64,000 nucleotides of DNA from Octopus vulgaris (lineage: Eukaryota): positions 40,052,001 through 40,116,000 of the forward strand of contig OX597826.1 of assembly GCA_951406725.2 (NCBI GenBank), in the 5' to 3' direction. The notes below the pieces were generated by a model. The model was not told the DNA's origin. It worked only from the letters and a program-made list of their open reading frames with translations, and made no database searches. Below are positions 1-13,720 of this stretch, one piece after another (positions within the stretch are counted from its first letter, which is position 1; the number at the start of each line of letters is the position of its first letter). Both the position numbers and the translations under genes were made by a program.

Positions 1-2220
1 TTTCAGTGAATAGATTAAATCTTCATAGCTATAGGCAGAAGTTTTCTTTGACCAAATCGTGACTATAATCATTATGTACAATGTACCTATGATCTTAACA
101 AAGATATATATGAAGCCAAAAAGTTTGGTTTTATACAAAGGTTAAAACATTTGTGGAACTCCAAAGAACCAGAATTAGATTTTTTTTCACTGAAATATTT
201 AAATAAACAAGCAACGTTTGCTACATCTAACGGAAATGTCTTATTCAAAGCCGGTTGACACTATAAAACTAGCTATAGAAGATAATCATTGAACTTCTGC
301 TGATAGACAGACAAGGTAAATCAATAAGTGAACATCGTAGTAACAATTTAGCTGAAAATACATGCTATACTATACAAACAGAAGACCAAAACCTTGTGGT
401 CACTTTATAAAAGATCTGTGATGATATGTTTCAACAAGTCCACTACCTGAATTTGAATATCGAGCCATGCAACACCGATATAAGTAAAGAGCTCAATAAA
501 TTACAACTAAAATCAGTGAACGAAATAGGAACCAAATAGCTAGAGACCACACATTCTAGAGGAATGGAAACAACCTACGAAACCATTAACCTTTTGATAA
601 ATGTCTCAGCTATTACTTTACTAGGGAACGGCAAAAATATGATAGCACTCAATCCAGATTCAAGCAGAAAAACTGAATCAGCATAGTGCGTAACTTAAAA
701 AATAAAGTTTTACTCTTTCGAAATAGTATAGTGGCCAATGAAACAGATCCAGAATTATTTCACATCTTTTCTTTGTTGACGAACTGAAACTATATAGGCG
801 CCATATCAACCTCATAATAAACAATAACACCTCATTACCCAATTTTCAACAAACATTGGAATGAAATTCAGTGAGTTCAAATTTACATTTTTATCAATGA
901 AACATGTACAAATTGTGCCCATCTCTAAAACTTTAAAAATGAACGGCTTGACAATACAACTTCTTCAGTCAGGTAACAATTATAGGTATACTGGACAAAA
1001 TGAGAATGTCAGGTATGATGTACCCATAATGAGGGGAACAGGAAATATAGCCCAGGCTATTAAAGAGAATATGGTCATTAGATACTTCCCATAGCACGTT
1101 TACAGTGCCTATTCTCACACCTACGTTTGGCCTTCTGAACTGGTCACTACAGGAAATCAATGACATAGATATTAGAACTCGTAGGCTTCTCAGTGATACA
1201 AGAAACTTCAACATAATTCGTGGTTTAGACAGGCTATACTTCTTATGAAAGCATGTTGGTCGTGGTCTCCAGTCTGCATTGACTTCTTACATGAAGCATG
1301 GATTGTTACACTGGGACAATATCTGCAGCTGAGGGAAGAAACCAGTAACTATCTTGCCCAAGTTTATGACTACGAAATCAACAACATAAATGCGATAGTT
1401 AATGAACTTGAGGTGAGGAATTAAATAAGATCTGATAGAGATCTCTCTCAAAAGAGCATTAATAAGACGTATTTATCAGAAGAAAATTTTAAAAGTGGGC
1501 CCAATTACTGAAAAGATAGTACATATGTAGTTGACATGAAAATCCCAAACCGTAGAAGGCATTGATAATTTCAAATGTGTGGCATGGAGTACCGATGAGT
1601 TTATAACATCCCACTTCGAAGGCTACCTGCATGCAATTCAAGAGATCCCCAACAAGAAACTACAGCATAAAATGTAGGCGGTGCAAGACGCACGACCAAG
1701 ACTGGAGACATTAATCACATTATTGCTAAGTGTGAGAGAATGCCTTCTGAATATCATCTTCTCATGAGGCGCAATGATATGGAATAGTCTGGAACAGGAT
1801 AACAAAACAGAAAACATCTACAGATGAAGCTGACGATATTGAGAGTAATGCTAGAATTTTAAAATTAAAACAGCCACCAAGTTAAAACAAGCATCTAGAT
1901 ATTTTTGTGTGGGACTACACGGAAATGATACGCTACGTCGTGAAAAAAGCTGCACTCTGGACACCAATGAGGTTCGAAAAATGGAAGAGAAAGAAGACAT
2001 CTATGGACCATTGATAAGTTGTTTGCAAATCCAGTAGCCAAGATACGGTTTCAGCTTCATACCTATTATTTTTGGTCCAACAGGATACATACCAACTTGT
2101 CCGAAGCACACTAAGGCTGAACTTTTGATCTTGGGGAGAGAAGTCATTAATTCAAACACTTCAAATGATCACGATATTTGCGACAATAAAAATCTGCAAG
2201 ACGTTCGGAAGTCTTAAAGG
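1..2220 (+). mobile_element. Degenerate R4/Dong-like non-LTR retrotransposon (RT-REL) remnant
   Basis: About 1105-1270 translates to VPILTPTFGLLNWSLQEINDIDIRTRRLL...LDRLYFL*KHVGRGL, homologous to PVVTYSFNIVNWSITEICQLDRKIRKLL...ERLYLPRKEGGRGL of the element at 48-52 kb. Also FEGYLHAIQE (~1615) and DINHIIAKC (zinc-knuckle part, ~1707). Many stops and frameshifts; the 5' extent is uncertain. Confidence 0.75.
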
Positions 2221-3432
2221 ATAATGAACAAAACATGATGCTTTCCTTCACAATCTTCCTACCAGGCAGGTCGCCAGTAAAAATTATGTGCATACATGCA
2301 ATCAGTGGTGATGCACAGAATCTTTATCTTACAGAGGTCATTAAAATGGTTGGTCTTGTTCCTAAATCAGAAATTTTTAATTCAATTAGTATCTGATATA
2401 TTCGATATCTTACCTGAGCTTCTCGTAATCTGTGTTCATATCTCGAAAATACAAACTGCCAGTTGAAATAATATATGAATTACAAATAGGAATGCTGGAG
2501 TTTCAGTTTATTTTGTTTCTTAGACAGAATTTGCATATTTCGTCGTCTCGATTTTGTATATATTTCAGATGATAGAATAAATTTACCTCTTATAATAAAG
2601 AATATCGAACATATTTAATTACTGTGTTGAAAACCTGGTCGTCTTTTCTCTTACACCTAATTAATAATTACTTTTTCATAATTAGTATATATGCTCAAGC
2701 GATAGAATGAAATATGTATAGCCTATCTGAAAGTTCAACCGAGACACCGAGACTAGTATTCGTACTTCATGATTTATATAGTTTATATGTTACGCTTCGA
2801 TTTTTGTCCCTCAGCTGCAGTGACAAATACCCATGCTGTCCATTTCATTGCCGATGCGTCGGTTATAAACAAGTTCCCTCATTGAGTTGGAATAGATTGG
2901 AGGACTTCAGAAGTACAGCTAACAAATTTGCATTGCCCCAAATACACTGAGAAAAAATGTGAAAGCAGACATCCACAGCTTTCAGAAACAGCATATTTCA
3001 GTGATTTAACAGGCTTTCCTTAGTCTCAACACGTAGATTGAGCGGCTTTGAAGACCTGGCACAGTGGGAATCAAGGTTACAGCTTTTCTTCTTACTATTA
3101 GAACACGCTAACAAATGGCCTCAAATATATCGATCTTGCCTTGGCAGAGGCAATATTGATGCACCTGAAATCAATTGGAAACATTGGTGTTCACTTAGTT
3201 TTGTGACGATTTATCTTATGTTTGTCTTCATACTAAGAAGGATCTAAAAAATATGGGTGTAAGATCGCTTGTCTTCAACCCTCCGAACTGGATAACTACA
3301 CCCTGTAGCCTATCAACTTTAAAGCTGCAGCAAATATTCAAGTAATTATACTGATTGACGGAATATTGAATATTCGAATTCTGTAAGACAAGAGAAATAT
3401 TAACACACCTTATATAGGACATGCTCTTGTGT

Positions 3433-3612
<180 letters not shown>

Positions 3613-4113
3613 ATAGGGAAAAACAAGTAGAAGAAAATGGATGTAATTACCGATTTATTTGCATGCAGAAAGATCACGCACTTTAAAAAAAAAATCATTA
3701 CAAATAAATTGGATGTTGAAGGCTCGAAAAGTGTTAAGAAAAACGTAAGAACTTACATATATTCTCTTGTATTTTTTATTTATTATACACTTTTTTCATC
3801 CTGAATTTATAGATAAAAAATTTACATTCCTTATAAACCCGGTGCATGTATTATATACCTCCCCTGCAATTTAACATCCTCATAAACAATCATTATATAC
3901 TCACTCCTGTACTTTTCTTAACAATCCACTGATTTACTAGTAATTCACGTTGCCCACTAATCCATTAAAACATTTAGGTACATATTAATACAAAATGTTG
4001 CCCCACCTTTGTTTTCCATATCCTTTGGTTCTTTTCCCACTCACCATAGAGTAAAAGATTATTTCTTTTTCCTCTATATATTTCAGTATATGTGTTTGTA
4101 TTTATGCATGTAG

Positions 4114-4162
<49 letters not shown>

Positions 4163-4573
4163 CATACAAACATGCATACATACATACATACACATACACA
4201 CACACACACACTATATATATGTGTGTGTGTATGTATGTGTATATATATATATGTATTAAATTCGTACCTAAACACATAGTAAGAACATGAAACTGAGTGT
4301 GCGTGTATGTGTATAAATATAGGGTATATTATATACACCTCTATACAATCTTAACTTTCAAGTGTTTTTACTTTTATTGAACTTAGCTAAATACTCTCCC
4401 TATTAATTAGATACCTCTTAGAACATACACTCTGTCCCCCTAAGCGCTTTCATATATCCCTTTCTTATTTTCCCTCTCTAGAGTCAACTAGCTTATACTT
4501 TTTCCTACTTCTATCTTTTAAATCGGATACACACCTTACATAGGGCATGCTCTTGTGTGGAGTTGTGTGGAGT

Positions 4574-4642
<69 letters not shown>

Positions 4643-5030
4643 TGTGTGTGTATGTACATAATGTGTGTATGTACATAATGTGTGTATGCGTGAGTCTGTA
4701 TGTATGTGTACGTGTATACATGTTGTATACACTTATCCATGCCTGCTTACATGCCCTCGTATTTATATGTGAATATCGTGAATCTACATGGATATACTTG
4801 CATATATTCCATATTTCTCATTAATTTCATAACTGAGTTTTAAATATCTACTTAAATATCTACCTACATACACTAATACATTAACGGTACATAAGTAAGT
4901 CCTATTTGTCATAGATCACACCTTTGAAGATAACACCAATCATATCTAGTTTATGTTATTTCTATATCCCAATACTTCTTTCATCTTTTTACCTTTCTGT
5001 TTATTTATTTAATCCCAAATTTATATATAT

Positions 5031-5435
5031 AGGCGCAGGAGTGGCTGTGTGGTAAGTAGCTAACAAACCACATGGTTCCGGGTTCAGTCCCACTGAATGG
5101 CATCTTGGGCAAGTGTCTTCTGCTATAGCCTCGGGCCGACCAATGCCTTGTGAGTGGATTTGGTAGACGGAAACTGAAAGAAGCCTGTCGTATATATGTA
5201 TATATATATATATGTATGTGTGTGTGTTTGTGTGTCTGTGTTTGTCCCCCTAGCACTGCTTGACAACCGATGCTGGTGTGTTTACATCCCCGTCACTTAG
5301 CGGTTCGGCAAAAAGAGATCGATAGAATAAGTACTGGGCTTACAAAAAGAATAAGTCCCGGGGTCGAGTTGCCCGACTAAAGGCGGTGCTCCAGCATGGC
5401 CGCAGTCAAATGACTGAAACAAGCAAGATAAAAAG
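5031..5435 (+). mobile_element. tRNA-derived SINE, near full length
   Basis: A-box TGGCTGTGTGG (5042-5052), B-box GGTTCAGTCCC (5081-5091), then CTTGGGCAAGT core-like motif, an internal (TG)n and an A-rich tail. Confidence 0.8.
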
Positions 5436-5899
5436 AGTATATAAAATTTACTTTCCTCATGAAGCCCAGTGCATGTGATTTTTGGTTAATCGCTTTTTTG
5501 ACATACTAAATAATTGTATAGGTTCCTCAAGAATTTGTTTTGGAATTCGATATTTTTACTTGTTTATTTTCATATAATGCATGTTTCAACCCAAAATGTT
5601 TCTATACACTGTACACATGAAACAATCCCTTTCTGTTCTTTGGTGTATGTTGGACATTATTTATATTTATATTCACTACTTTAGCCATTCATATTTCATA
5701 ACCTACACACACGTTTTATTTCTGAATACAACACCCAGCTATTTTTATATATATAAAAAGTTGTCTAATGAAAATCCTGGTTGGTTACGTGCATGGCAAA
5801 CTTCTATTTCGGTTTTTTTATGTATCAAAAAAAAAAACCGGTGCACACCGACATTATTTCACAATATATTGAAAATCTAATCACTTATAGTAATAAGAA

Positions 5900-6530
5900 T
5901 ACGGTGATTAGATTTTTCCTTTTTTAGAATATTAACATCACACATGCTCAACATACCTTCCTTATAGTTACAAATTTCTTAACGGAACCTCGACATGTTC
6001 TCATCATTGTTTCTTACTGTTTAGAGCTATTACATAACATCTGTTTATGTTTTTATTTATATCAATCTCGTGTACAACAAACTCATTCATAAGTAACTCA
6101 ACATTAAGATTGTTGAAAAGCCAGGGAACTCCGTCAGATTACAACTATGTAGGACGTGCCCCTTTCAGAATACCATATGCACCAATAATAACTGCATGGT
6201 ATGTAGGATTCGCCTTGATATTAACTGTGGAACTAGAGATTTACTTTACAGCATAAGATGCATCGAAGGTGCTTGTAAAGACATGAACATGACATACATA
6301 GGAGAGACATCTAGGAGCATTGCGGAACGACTAAATGAACATTTGAGACAATATGACGACAAAAACAGTCCTCCATACTCTACTAACTTAGCAAGGACCA
6401 GCATGGAGGCAACCTGGGTCAACTTACTATCCGCATCTTATCCAAGCACCCAAAGGACACAACACTCAGACAAATACAGGAGTACGTCCTCATAAATGAA
6501 ACTTCCCCAATACTAAATAGGAAATATGCA
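5900..6530 (+). mobile_element. Penelope-like element remnant (GIY-YIG endonuclease)
   Basis: ORF 6196-6495 contains CGTRDLLYSIRC...C...YIGETSRSIAERLNEH, the PLE GIY-YIG signature. Frameshifted afterwards. Confidence 0.8.
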
Positions 6531-6840
6531 TCATCATCATCATTGTTCGACCGTGGTCGAGACAATAGATTTTACCATGCTACGCCAGGTTTCACGGTCC
6601 ATCATGGCATTACGGAGGTCCTGTTGCTGGATGCCTGTATCAGGGTAGGAGAGTGTGCGCCCTCTGGTATTGCGAGTAGATGGCTTCTAGAGGAGAAGAG
6701 TAGAACTTACTTCTTTTTCAGCTCTACAACAATGTCCAGCAAACTGGACTCTCCTACCTTTCGCAAGTGATGACACAGGTAATAGTTTCCCCATATATTT
6801 GCATTTTAGTTGGATGGCGCCTCCACGAGAGATATCATAC
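6531..6840 (-). mobile_element. 3' end of an RTE-clade LINE (5'-truncated) with (ATG)n tail
   Basis: Minus-strand translation KGRRVQFAGHCCRAEKE resembles the RTE C-terminal RR-x-F-AGH-C-x-R motif; (CAT)n at 6528-6543 is the tail. Confidence 0.65.
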
Positions 6841-7575
6841 CCCCAATACCCATAGTTTATACAGGTAGAGTAGTATAGTTGGTGGGCTATTATGTAGATA
6901 GATGTATGTATGTGTGTATGGGAGGTATATGTATATATATGTATATGCACATGCATATAAGCATAGGGATATGAAAGTAAATAGATCAACATACAGACGG
7001 ATAGGTACAAAGGTTATATGAACAGACAAGCACACGTGCGCACACATACAAATAAATACATGGACATATATACACACACATCCATACATATGGAGATGCA
7101 CAGCCATACATACAAACACGGTACATAACTGCAAAACACACACACATATACCAACACACGCACACATACATAAAAAACACACCAACACGGAAGCGTAAAG
7201 ATATGAATGTGAAGAATACATACAAATATACACGCATACATACATATATACATAAGCACACACACATACATGCATACAAACACATGCATACATACACACA
7301 TACATACATGCATGTGTAGGTAGACACACACACAGTAACCCAGACACATGCGCACAAACTAACAAAAAGGAACGCAGTGTGAATAACGGACAAAGTCAAA
7401 ACTATTGAAAAGGTTGCAAGACGCAACGAAAATTTTAGAAAAATAAAAAAGAAATTTACTGGTAAATGTGTTAAATTATAAGGCACTAAAAGAGGATGAC
7501 TCTCCCTAGACACAACAGAATATGCTTCAACACACACACTCACATAAAGAATCTTGCAAACCAAATCCCAAAACG

Positions 7576-7625
<50 letters not shown>

Positions 7626-8162
7626 GGAAGTGTATTTATGTATGTATGTATGTGTGTATGCATGTATCAATTAAATATAGGGATAAAATCTACATAAAAC
7701 GTTTTTAAGTAGCCGGCATATAAAATCAATTAAGGTAAAATATTAATACGATGTACATAATATAAAATATTTTACATTAAGGAGTAAACGTTAAACCTGA
7801 ATATATTCAGTGCTGAGTTATTTTGGTTTTACACATGAGGCTGTGATGAACAAGATTGAAATTCTTTTCACTTTGTATATGCTCTGTGGATACGTTCTGT
7901 CCGTGGGGTATGTATAAGTGTTTATATGTATATATTTCTAGTTGTGTTTGCACTGGCGAATGGAGGGCATGTTGCAGCGCTGACTACGATATCGTTTCGA
8001 TATACAACTGAACCTTTTAAAAGAGTTTTTCCTTTGTTCATTCCTTCGAATTCAATGCGTGTGTATATTTGATAAAGTGTGGATTACTTATAGTAACAGC
8101 CCTTAATGTAATAATATATTTACATATATATAAAAAATATATATATGTATATATATATATTA

Positions 8163-8193
<31 letters not shown>

Positions 8194-9899
8194 GACTCCC
8201 AACACAAAATCTCAGACATAACCTTCACTGCCACCGACATCGTAGCAGCAATAAATGAGGTCAAACATTACTCTGCTGTAGGCCCTGATAGATTTCCCGC
8301 TAGTCTCCTGAAGGAATGTAGATACCAACTTGCAGTCCCTATGACCAACCTCTGGAGAAATTCGTTAGACGCAGGTTATATACCGAAACAGTTTCTATCC
8401 CAGTCGGTCATCCCGGTTTTCAAACAGGGAAACAGATCCCTAGCAGTCAACTATCGCCCAATCTCACTCACCTCCCACATCATTAAAGTGTTTGAAAGAG
8501 TGTTAAGATCAAGGATAGCTGACTTCCTGGAGACCCACAAACTCCTAAATGCAAATCAGCATGGCTTTTGCTGTGGCAGGGACTGTCTAACACAGCTCTT
8601 ACACCACATTGAAGATGTACTCAAAGCCTTGGGAACAGGTTCGAACTCTGACGTCATATATCTTGACTTCAGTAAAGCGTTCGACAGGGTAGACCATAAC
8701 ATCATACTCTCAAAATTGGCAAATGTTGGAATCCGTGGAAAAGTTCTACACTGGATTAAGTATTTCCTGGCGAATAGAACACAACATGTTGTAGTTGATG
8801 GAGTCCACTCAAACCCAGCAAAAGTCACCAGCGGTGTTCCCCAGGGAACTGTTTTGGGTCCGCTACTCTCCATAATTTACGTAAACGACCTTTCCAGTGT
8901 CGTACATTACTGCAAAGTGAAAATATTTGCTGATGATACTAAGCTCCAGCAAATCGTCAATGAAGAAGCAGACCGAACTCAACTCCAGTCTGATCTATAT
9001 GCTGTGAGTCAATGGGCAGACAGAAACAAAATGCAACTGAATGAGGGAAAATTTGAGCTGATGCATTTTGGAAGAAATTCCTCACTAAAACAACCATACT
9101 CTCTTCCTTCAGGGGAACCGCTCACAGCCTCTAACAATATCAGAGACCTGGGTGTAATTGTTGATGACGATCTCAGTTGGAGTGCACACATCAACAAGAA
9201 GGTCGATATAGCTCGTAGGATGAGTTCCTGGATCTTAAGAACTTTCCGGTCCAGAGAACAAGGTGTCATCATACCGCTTTTTTCCTCCTTTGTACGGCCA
9301 CACCTTGAATACTGCTGCCCACTGTGGTCTCCTCACACAAGACAAAACATCTCCAGAATTGAGTCACCCCAGAGGGCACTCACTAAACAAATTGGAGGCA
9401 TGGTTGCTCTCGATTATTGGGATCGCCTTAACGCCTTGAAACTTTACTCCCTGCAGCGTCGCCGTGAGCGGTACATCATTTGTACGATGTGGAAAATATA
9501 CCGCCAACTTTGCCCAAACGACCTAAACATTAGCTTCAAGGCCCATCCAAGACTTGGACCATGAGCTATACGTCCCCTGCCCAATTCAAGATCACAACAT
9601 ACATGTACACTGCAACATAATTTCTTTTCCTCAACAGGCCCTGCCCTATTTAACATTGTCCCGAGGGAGATCAAAGAGGAAAAGGATCCCATCAACTTTA
9701 AACAGAGTCTGGATAGATTCCTTCAAAGAATACCAGATAAGCCACCCATAATTGGATACAACTCACCCAACAAGAACTCACTACTTGAACAAAACTTGAC
9801 TTAAACAGGATTCGAATAATCCTATCAGGTGGTGCTATTAAGTTAGACATGGCCTGGACCAATCTTTGGTCGAAACATATCTAAGTTTATCTAAGTTTA
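8194..9899 (+). mobile_element. 5'-truncated CR1/L2-group LINE inserted in (TA)n
   Basis: Frame is open from 8194 (...SAVGPDRFP...). RT motifs NYRPISLTS, YLDFSKAFD, GVPQGTVLGP, IFADDTK and HLEYCCPLWSP. One in-frame TGA at 9562, then the frame continues to about 9804. The 3' UTR has a GACCAA-tct-TTGGTC hairpin and a (TATCTAAGTT)2 tail. Confidence 0.9.
8341..9564 (+). CDS. LINE reverse transcriptase domain (truncated ORF2, pseudogenised)
   Basis: 407-aa ORF with the catalytic FADD and the other non-LTR RT motifs. Confidence 0.85.
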   Translation: MTNLWRNSLDAGYIPKQFLSQSVIPVFKQGNRSLAVNYRPISLTSHIIKVFERVLRSRIADFLETHKLLNANQHGFCCGRDCLTQLLHHIEDVLKALGTGSNSDVIYLDFSKAFDRVDHNIILSKLANVGIRGKVLHWIKYFLANRTQHVVVDGVHSNPAKVTSGVPQGTVLGPLLSIIYVNDLSSVVHYCKVKIFADDTKLQQIVNEEADRTQLQSDLYAVSQWADRNKMQLNEGKFELMHFGRNSSLKQPYSLPSGEPLTASNNIRDLGVIVDDDLSWSAHINKKVDIARRMSSWILRTFRSREQGVIIPLFSSFVRPHLEYCCPLWSPHTRQNISRIESPQRALTKQIGGMVALDYWDRLNALKLYSLQRRRERYIICTMWKIYRQLCPNDLNISFKAHPRLGP

Positions 9900-10604
9900 T
9901 ATATACATATATTAGAAGGCTTCGAGGTGATGTACAGTTATTATATATTAGAAAAAAATAAGGTTCTCAGAAATCTGGATGGATGTACTTTTACAGATTT
10001 TATTAATATGTCACATGTTTTAATAAAACACATAATAGTGCTTACATCTACTCTAGTAGATTCTTCAGATTTGAATTTTGTGAGGGAATCCGTCTCATTT
10101 TATAGTATTATTGATTGTATATGGGTGGAGAGAGATGTGTTATAGTAAAAGAGGGTGAGGAATGGAGAAAAGAGATAAGTGTTTGTGTATGTGTGTATGA
10201 GTGTGTGTGTGTGCCTGTGTATCTGAAAGGTGTGTCAATGGGAAAGAGAAAGTGATGTGTTGATTCTTGGGCTTTTGATAAAAGTTATTTTTCAAAAAAT
10301 TGTCTGCATTTATGCCAACGAGCCAGAATTCACCGACAACATGTCCGACAGGAGGAGCTGAGAAAGATTCCACTGAGTAAACACCAAGAAACATGTGGAG
10401 AAGGAAAATTTAAGATCTGTCCCTGCTATAAATGCCCAAGGAATGACACCTTCTTCAGAAAAAGTATGGGACAATACTTCATAACAAAGTTCTCCCCTAA
10501 ACTGAATGGCTGAAAATATGAAAATCACAGTAACTTCCCTATAAACCCATCTAGAACTATTAGCTTAGTTTGTATAATAATATCCTCATAATGTACAAGA
10601 AATT

Positions 10605-10641
<37 letters not shown>

Positions 10642-11455
10642 TATATGCGTATGTCTCTATATGTGTGTGTGTACATGTGTGTGTGTGTAGTGAAAAGGGG
10701 TTAAGAATCCATACAAATCAAAGGTTATAGATAACATGTAAGAGTAGAAATACCAAGAAAGTATGTTTAAAGATTGTATTAACTTGTTTCTTTAATCAGA
10801 CAAGATAGGTAAATATTTTTATTTATCACATTAAGTGACTTTTATACGATGTTACCGCCTACTATGTGTATGTCCATCTTATCAAATATAAAAATTCAAG
10901 GAAATAATTGGGAAATAAGAATTAAAAATTAGAAATTAGAATTAGAAATTAGAAATTAAAATGAGGTTCAAGGTATCCAGTGTCGAAAATTCTATTGAAA
11001 TGAATTGAAAATATCTTGTCAGAAATTCTATTGAAGTCCTTGTACACTAGTTCCTTTCCCAGGTAACTGTTGTTCAGGGGACCGTTATCCGGTAATCTAT
11101 AACTAGAAGATCTTTGTGGGCGGATTCTCCTCATGTTATTATCTTGATTGTGATTGAAAATCACGGATCTTATGATTGTTGGGGGGAACTATAGCTAAAA
11201 GTTCCTGTATTTCTATTGTGATATTTATGTGTGTGTGGAAAGTCAGTGTCTATGACTTTAAGAAAACCTCTCCCTTCATCAATATCCACATTAATTAAAT
11301 GCCACATTATTTTCTTCTACCTACGGCCTATCTGAGGCCTATCTACGTTTGTTTTACTATTCTTAAACGTGGACCTTTCTAATGCGGTGTTGTAATATTG
11401 GGCTGCGTTTTTGAAAGTAGCTTCATAAACGGAGAAGCTGAAAACACGCCTAATA

Positions 11456-11658
11456 ATACTTATTTCTTTACTACCCACAAGGGGTTAAACACAGAGAGGA
11501 CAAACAAGGACAGACAAACGGATTAAGTCGATTAAATCGACCCCAGTACGTAACTGGTACTTATTTAAACAACCCCGAAAGGATGAAAGGCACAGTCGAC
11601 CTCGGCGGAATTTGAACTCACAACGTAACGACTGACGTAATACCGCTAAGTATTTCGT
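11456..11658 (-). mobile_element. tRNA-derived SINE with Meta-domain-like core (partial)
   Basis: Reverse complement matches the units at 57297-57664 (GAGTTCAAATTCCGCCGAGGTCGAC...GCCTTTCATCCTTTCGGGG...AAGTACCAGT). Confidence 0.8.
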
Positions 11659-11760
11659 ATTTTGCATACGAAATCAACCAAGAGACTATAAAACCTGGAC
11701 ACATAGAATTTTAAAAATTCCAAATGCCTGTTACAGACACATGACACGAACATAAAACTA

Positions 11761-12279
11761 ATGTCTCCCAGCAAGATAATGCAACAAGCAATACGGAAAA
11801 TCATAATGTTTAAAACTCTCTCACTCAAAACAAAAACAATAAAACACATGCCAAAAGAAAGTATCGAAAAAGGCTACAGCCCATATAGGGTAAAACAACT
11901 TATGAAGCAAGGGGAAAACTACGGTACTGTGGAAGAAAGGGTCGCTTCTAACGAAGAAGCAAAGGAACGCTTCACAGTGCCTTTGAAGACAAGCGAATTG
12001 GTACTGCTACCGACGTGCATGGGTCGACGTGCTTCAAAAATAAAAATAGGGGAGGTGCCAGCCGGAAATCGATATGATGTGACTTGTGGAAATCGTATTG
12101 CTGAACATGTAAGATCCAGCCACTATCCTTCAGGCCACCAGCAGAATTGTTGGGACCAAGGTCTGGAGCTAATAATCCAGGCCACCTTGTGGGACCTGGA
12201 AGAAATATCAGAGCGAATAATACTACCGGACGACACCATATTAAGAGTCATATTGGAGGGAAGAATTTCAAGGTTTTAG
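11761..12279 (+). pseudogene. Possible L1/Tx1-like ORF1 remnant
   Basis: 172-aa non-repetitive ORF (ELVLLPTCMGRRASKIKIGEVP...LRVILEGR) loosely resembling LINE ORF1 proteins. Recalled similarity only. Confidence 0.3.
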
Positions 12280-12529
12280 CCCTTTCACACCCGAACACCA
12301 GCGAACTCAAAATGTCCTTTTTCATCTATTGTTAAACGTCATTTAACCATATGTTTATTCGCCCCATTTTTGTCTGTCCTGTACTGTCACTGAGAATTAA
12401 ATTTCTTGCCAGAGAAACACACACATCATTTGTTTTTAGTGATCAAATGTTTGTGTTCACATAAGCTCACTCCCACCATGAAATCGACACTACCCCTATA
12501 GGTGTACCATGTACCACATGTCAAATGAC

Positions 12530-12659
12530 GAAATGATCGCAGAGCAACGTGAAATGAAGTGTTTGCTTAAGGGCAAACGCAACGCCCGGTCTGGGAATCG
12601 AACCTACGATCTCACAATAGTGAGTACAACACTCTAGCTACTAACCCATGTGCCTTCAC
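12530..12659 (-). mobile_element. tRNA-derived SINE head
   Basis: B-box GGTTCGATTCCC on the minus strand at 12593-12604; homologous to 23360-23466. Confidence 0.7.
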
Positions 12660-12829
12660 AATGTGTGTGTGTGTATATGTGTGTGTGTATGTGTGTGTGT
12701 ATGTGTGTGTGTGTGTGTGTGCATGTGTGTGTATGTGTGTGTGTGTGTGTGAAGTTATGAATGTACAGGGGTTCGGGCTAAGTCTGACGATACTTTATCT
12801 CCTATTTTATTCAGAAACAGATTGATGGA

Positions 12830-12984
12830 GTACAGCAGGGTTCGCCACCACCCCTTGTCGGAACCACGTGGAACTTTAGATGTTTTCACTCAATAAACAC
12901 TCACAACGCCCGATCTGGGAATCGAAACCGCGATCCTACGACCGCGAGTCCGCTGCTCTAACGACTGGGCCATTTCGCCTCCAC
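12830..12984 (-). mobile_element. tRNA-derived SINE head
   Basis: Minus strand reads GGAGGCGAAATGGCCCAGTCGTTAGAGCAGCGGACTCGCGGTCGTAGGATCGCGGTTTCGATTCCC, a tRNA-like head followed by SINE body. Confidence 0.75.
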
Positions 12985-13659
12985 AAACACACACACACAC
13001 AAACATATCGTGTCAGGTAACGGCAAAGGACGGACGAACAATTATTGGTATATTTAGTTTGGGTTATATCTCCTTGCTACCACGTCCTCTTAGACATTTC
13101 CTACAAAACCAAATTCATAAAATAACTACAAGACAAATCTTAGAAAGGTAATGTGTCAGAATGGACACATTCTGAACATTAAAAGTAATACTGGAATAAA
13201 AGAATAAAAGAATTCGCTTTACTAATTTACAACTCTATGTACGATTTCTTTTACACTTAACCATCAATTCACCGTTCAGCCTCAGGTTAACAAAAACTCA
13301 TCTCCTTATTCAACATATTCAATTCTTTAACAAGACAGAATATATGGAAAGAAAAACAAAAACAACCAAAGAGAAAAAGGTATAGAATAGCTTGTTGGTT
13401 TATCTCACCATATTCTATTGAAGTTTCTGATGTTAGCTGATTATTGCTGTGAAATCAATTATCGTCATGGTTGCTGAAGTGATAAAAACAATTCAGAATG
13501 CAATACATACAGAAGCACATTTATACACGCAATTGCGCGCGCATACAGACATACACAAACAAGCTTACATATATATACATGTGCACTTACATATATATAC
13601 GTATAAGGTGTATATATGCATACAACTTTGCATATGTGTATATATATATACATACACAC

Positions 13660-13720
<61 letters not shown>

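Noticed and set aside
2790-2950. Acceptor-like ttttgtccctcag followed by a Cys-rich short ORF
   Set aside because: No recognisable domain or supporting exon; compatible with chance.
9855-9885. GACCAA-tct-TTGGTC-GAAAC resembling HHR stem II plus GAAA
   Set aside because: No upstream CUGANGA; better explained as the LINE 3' recognition hairpin.
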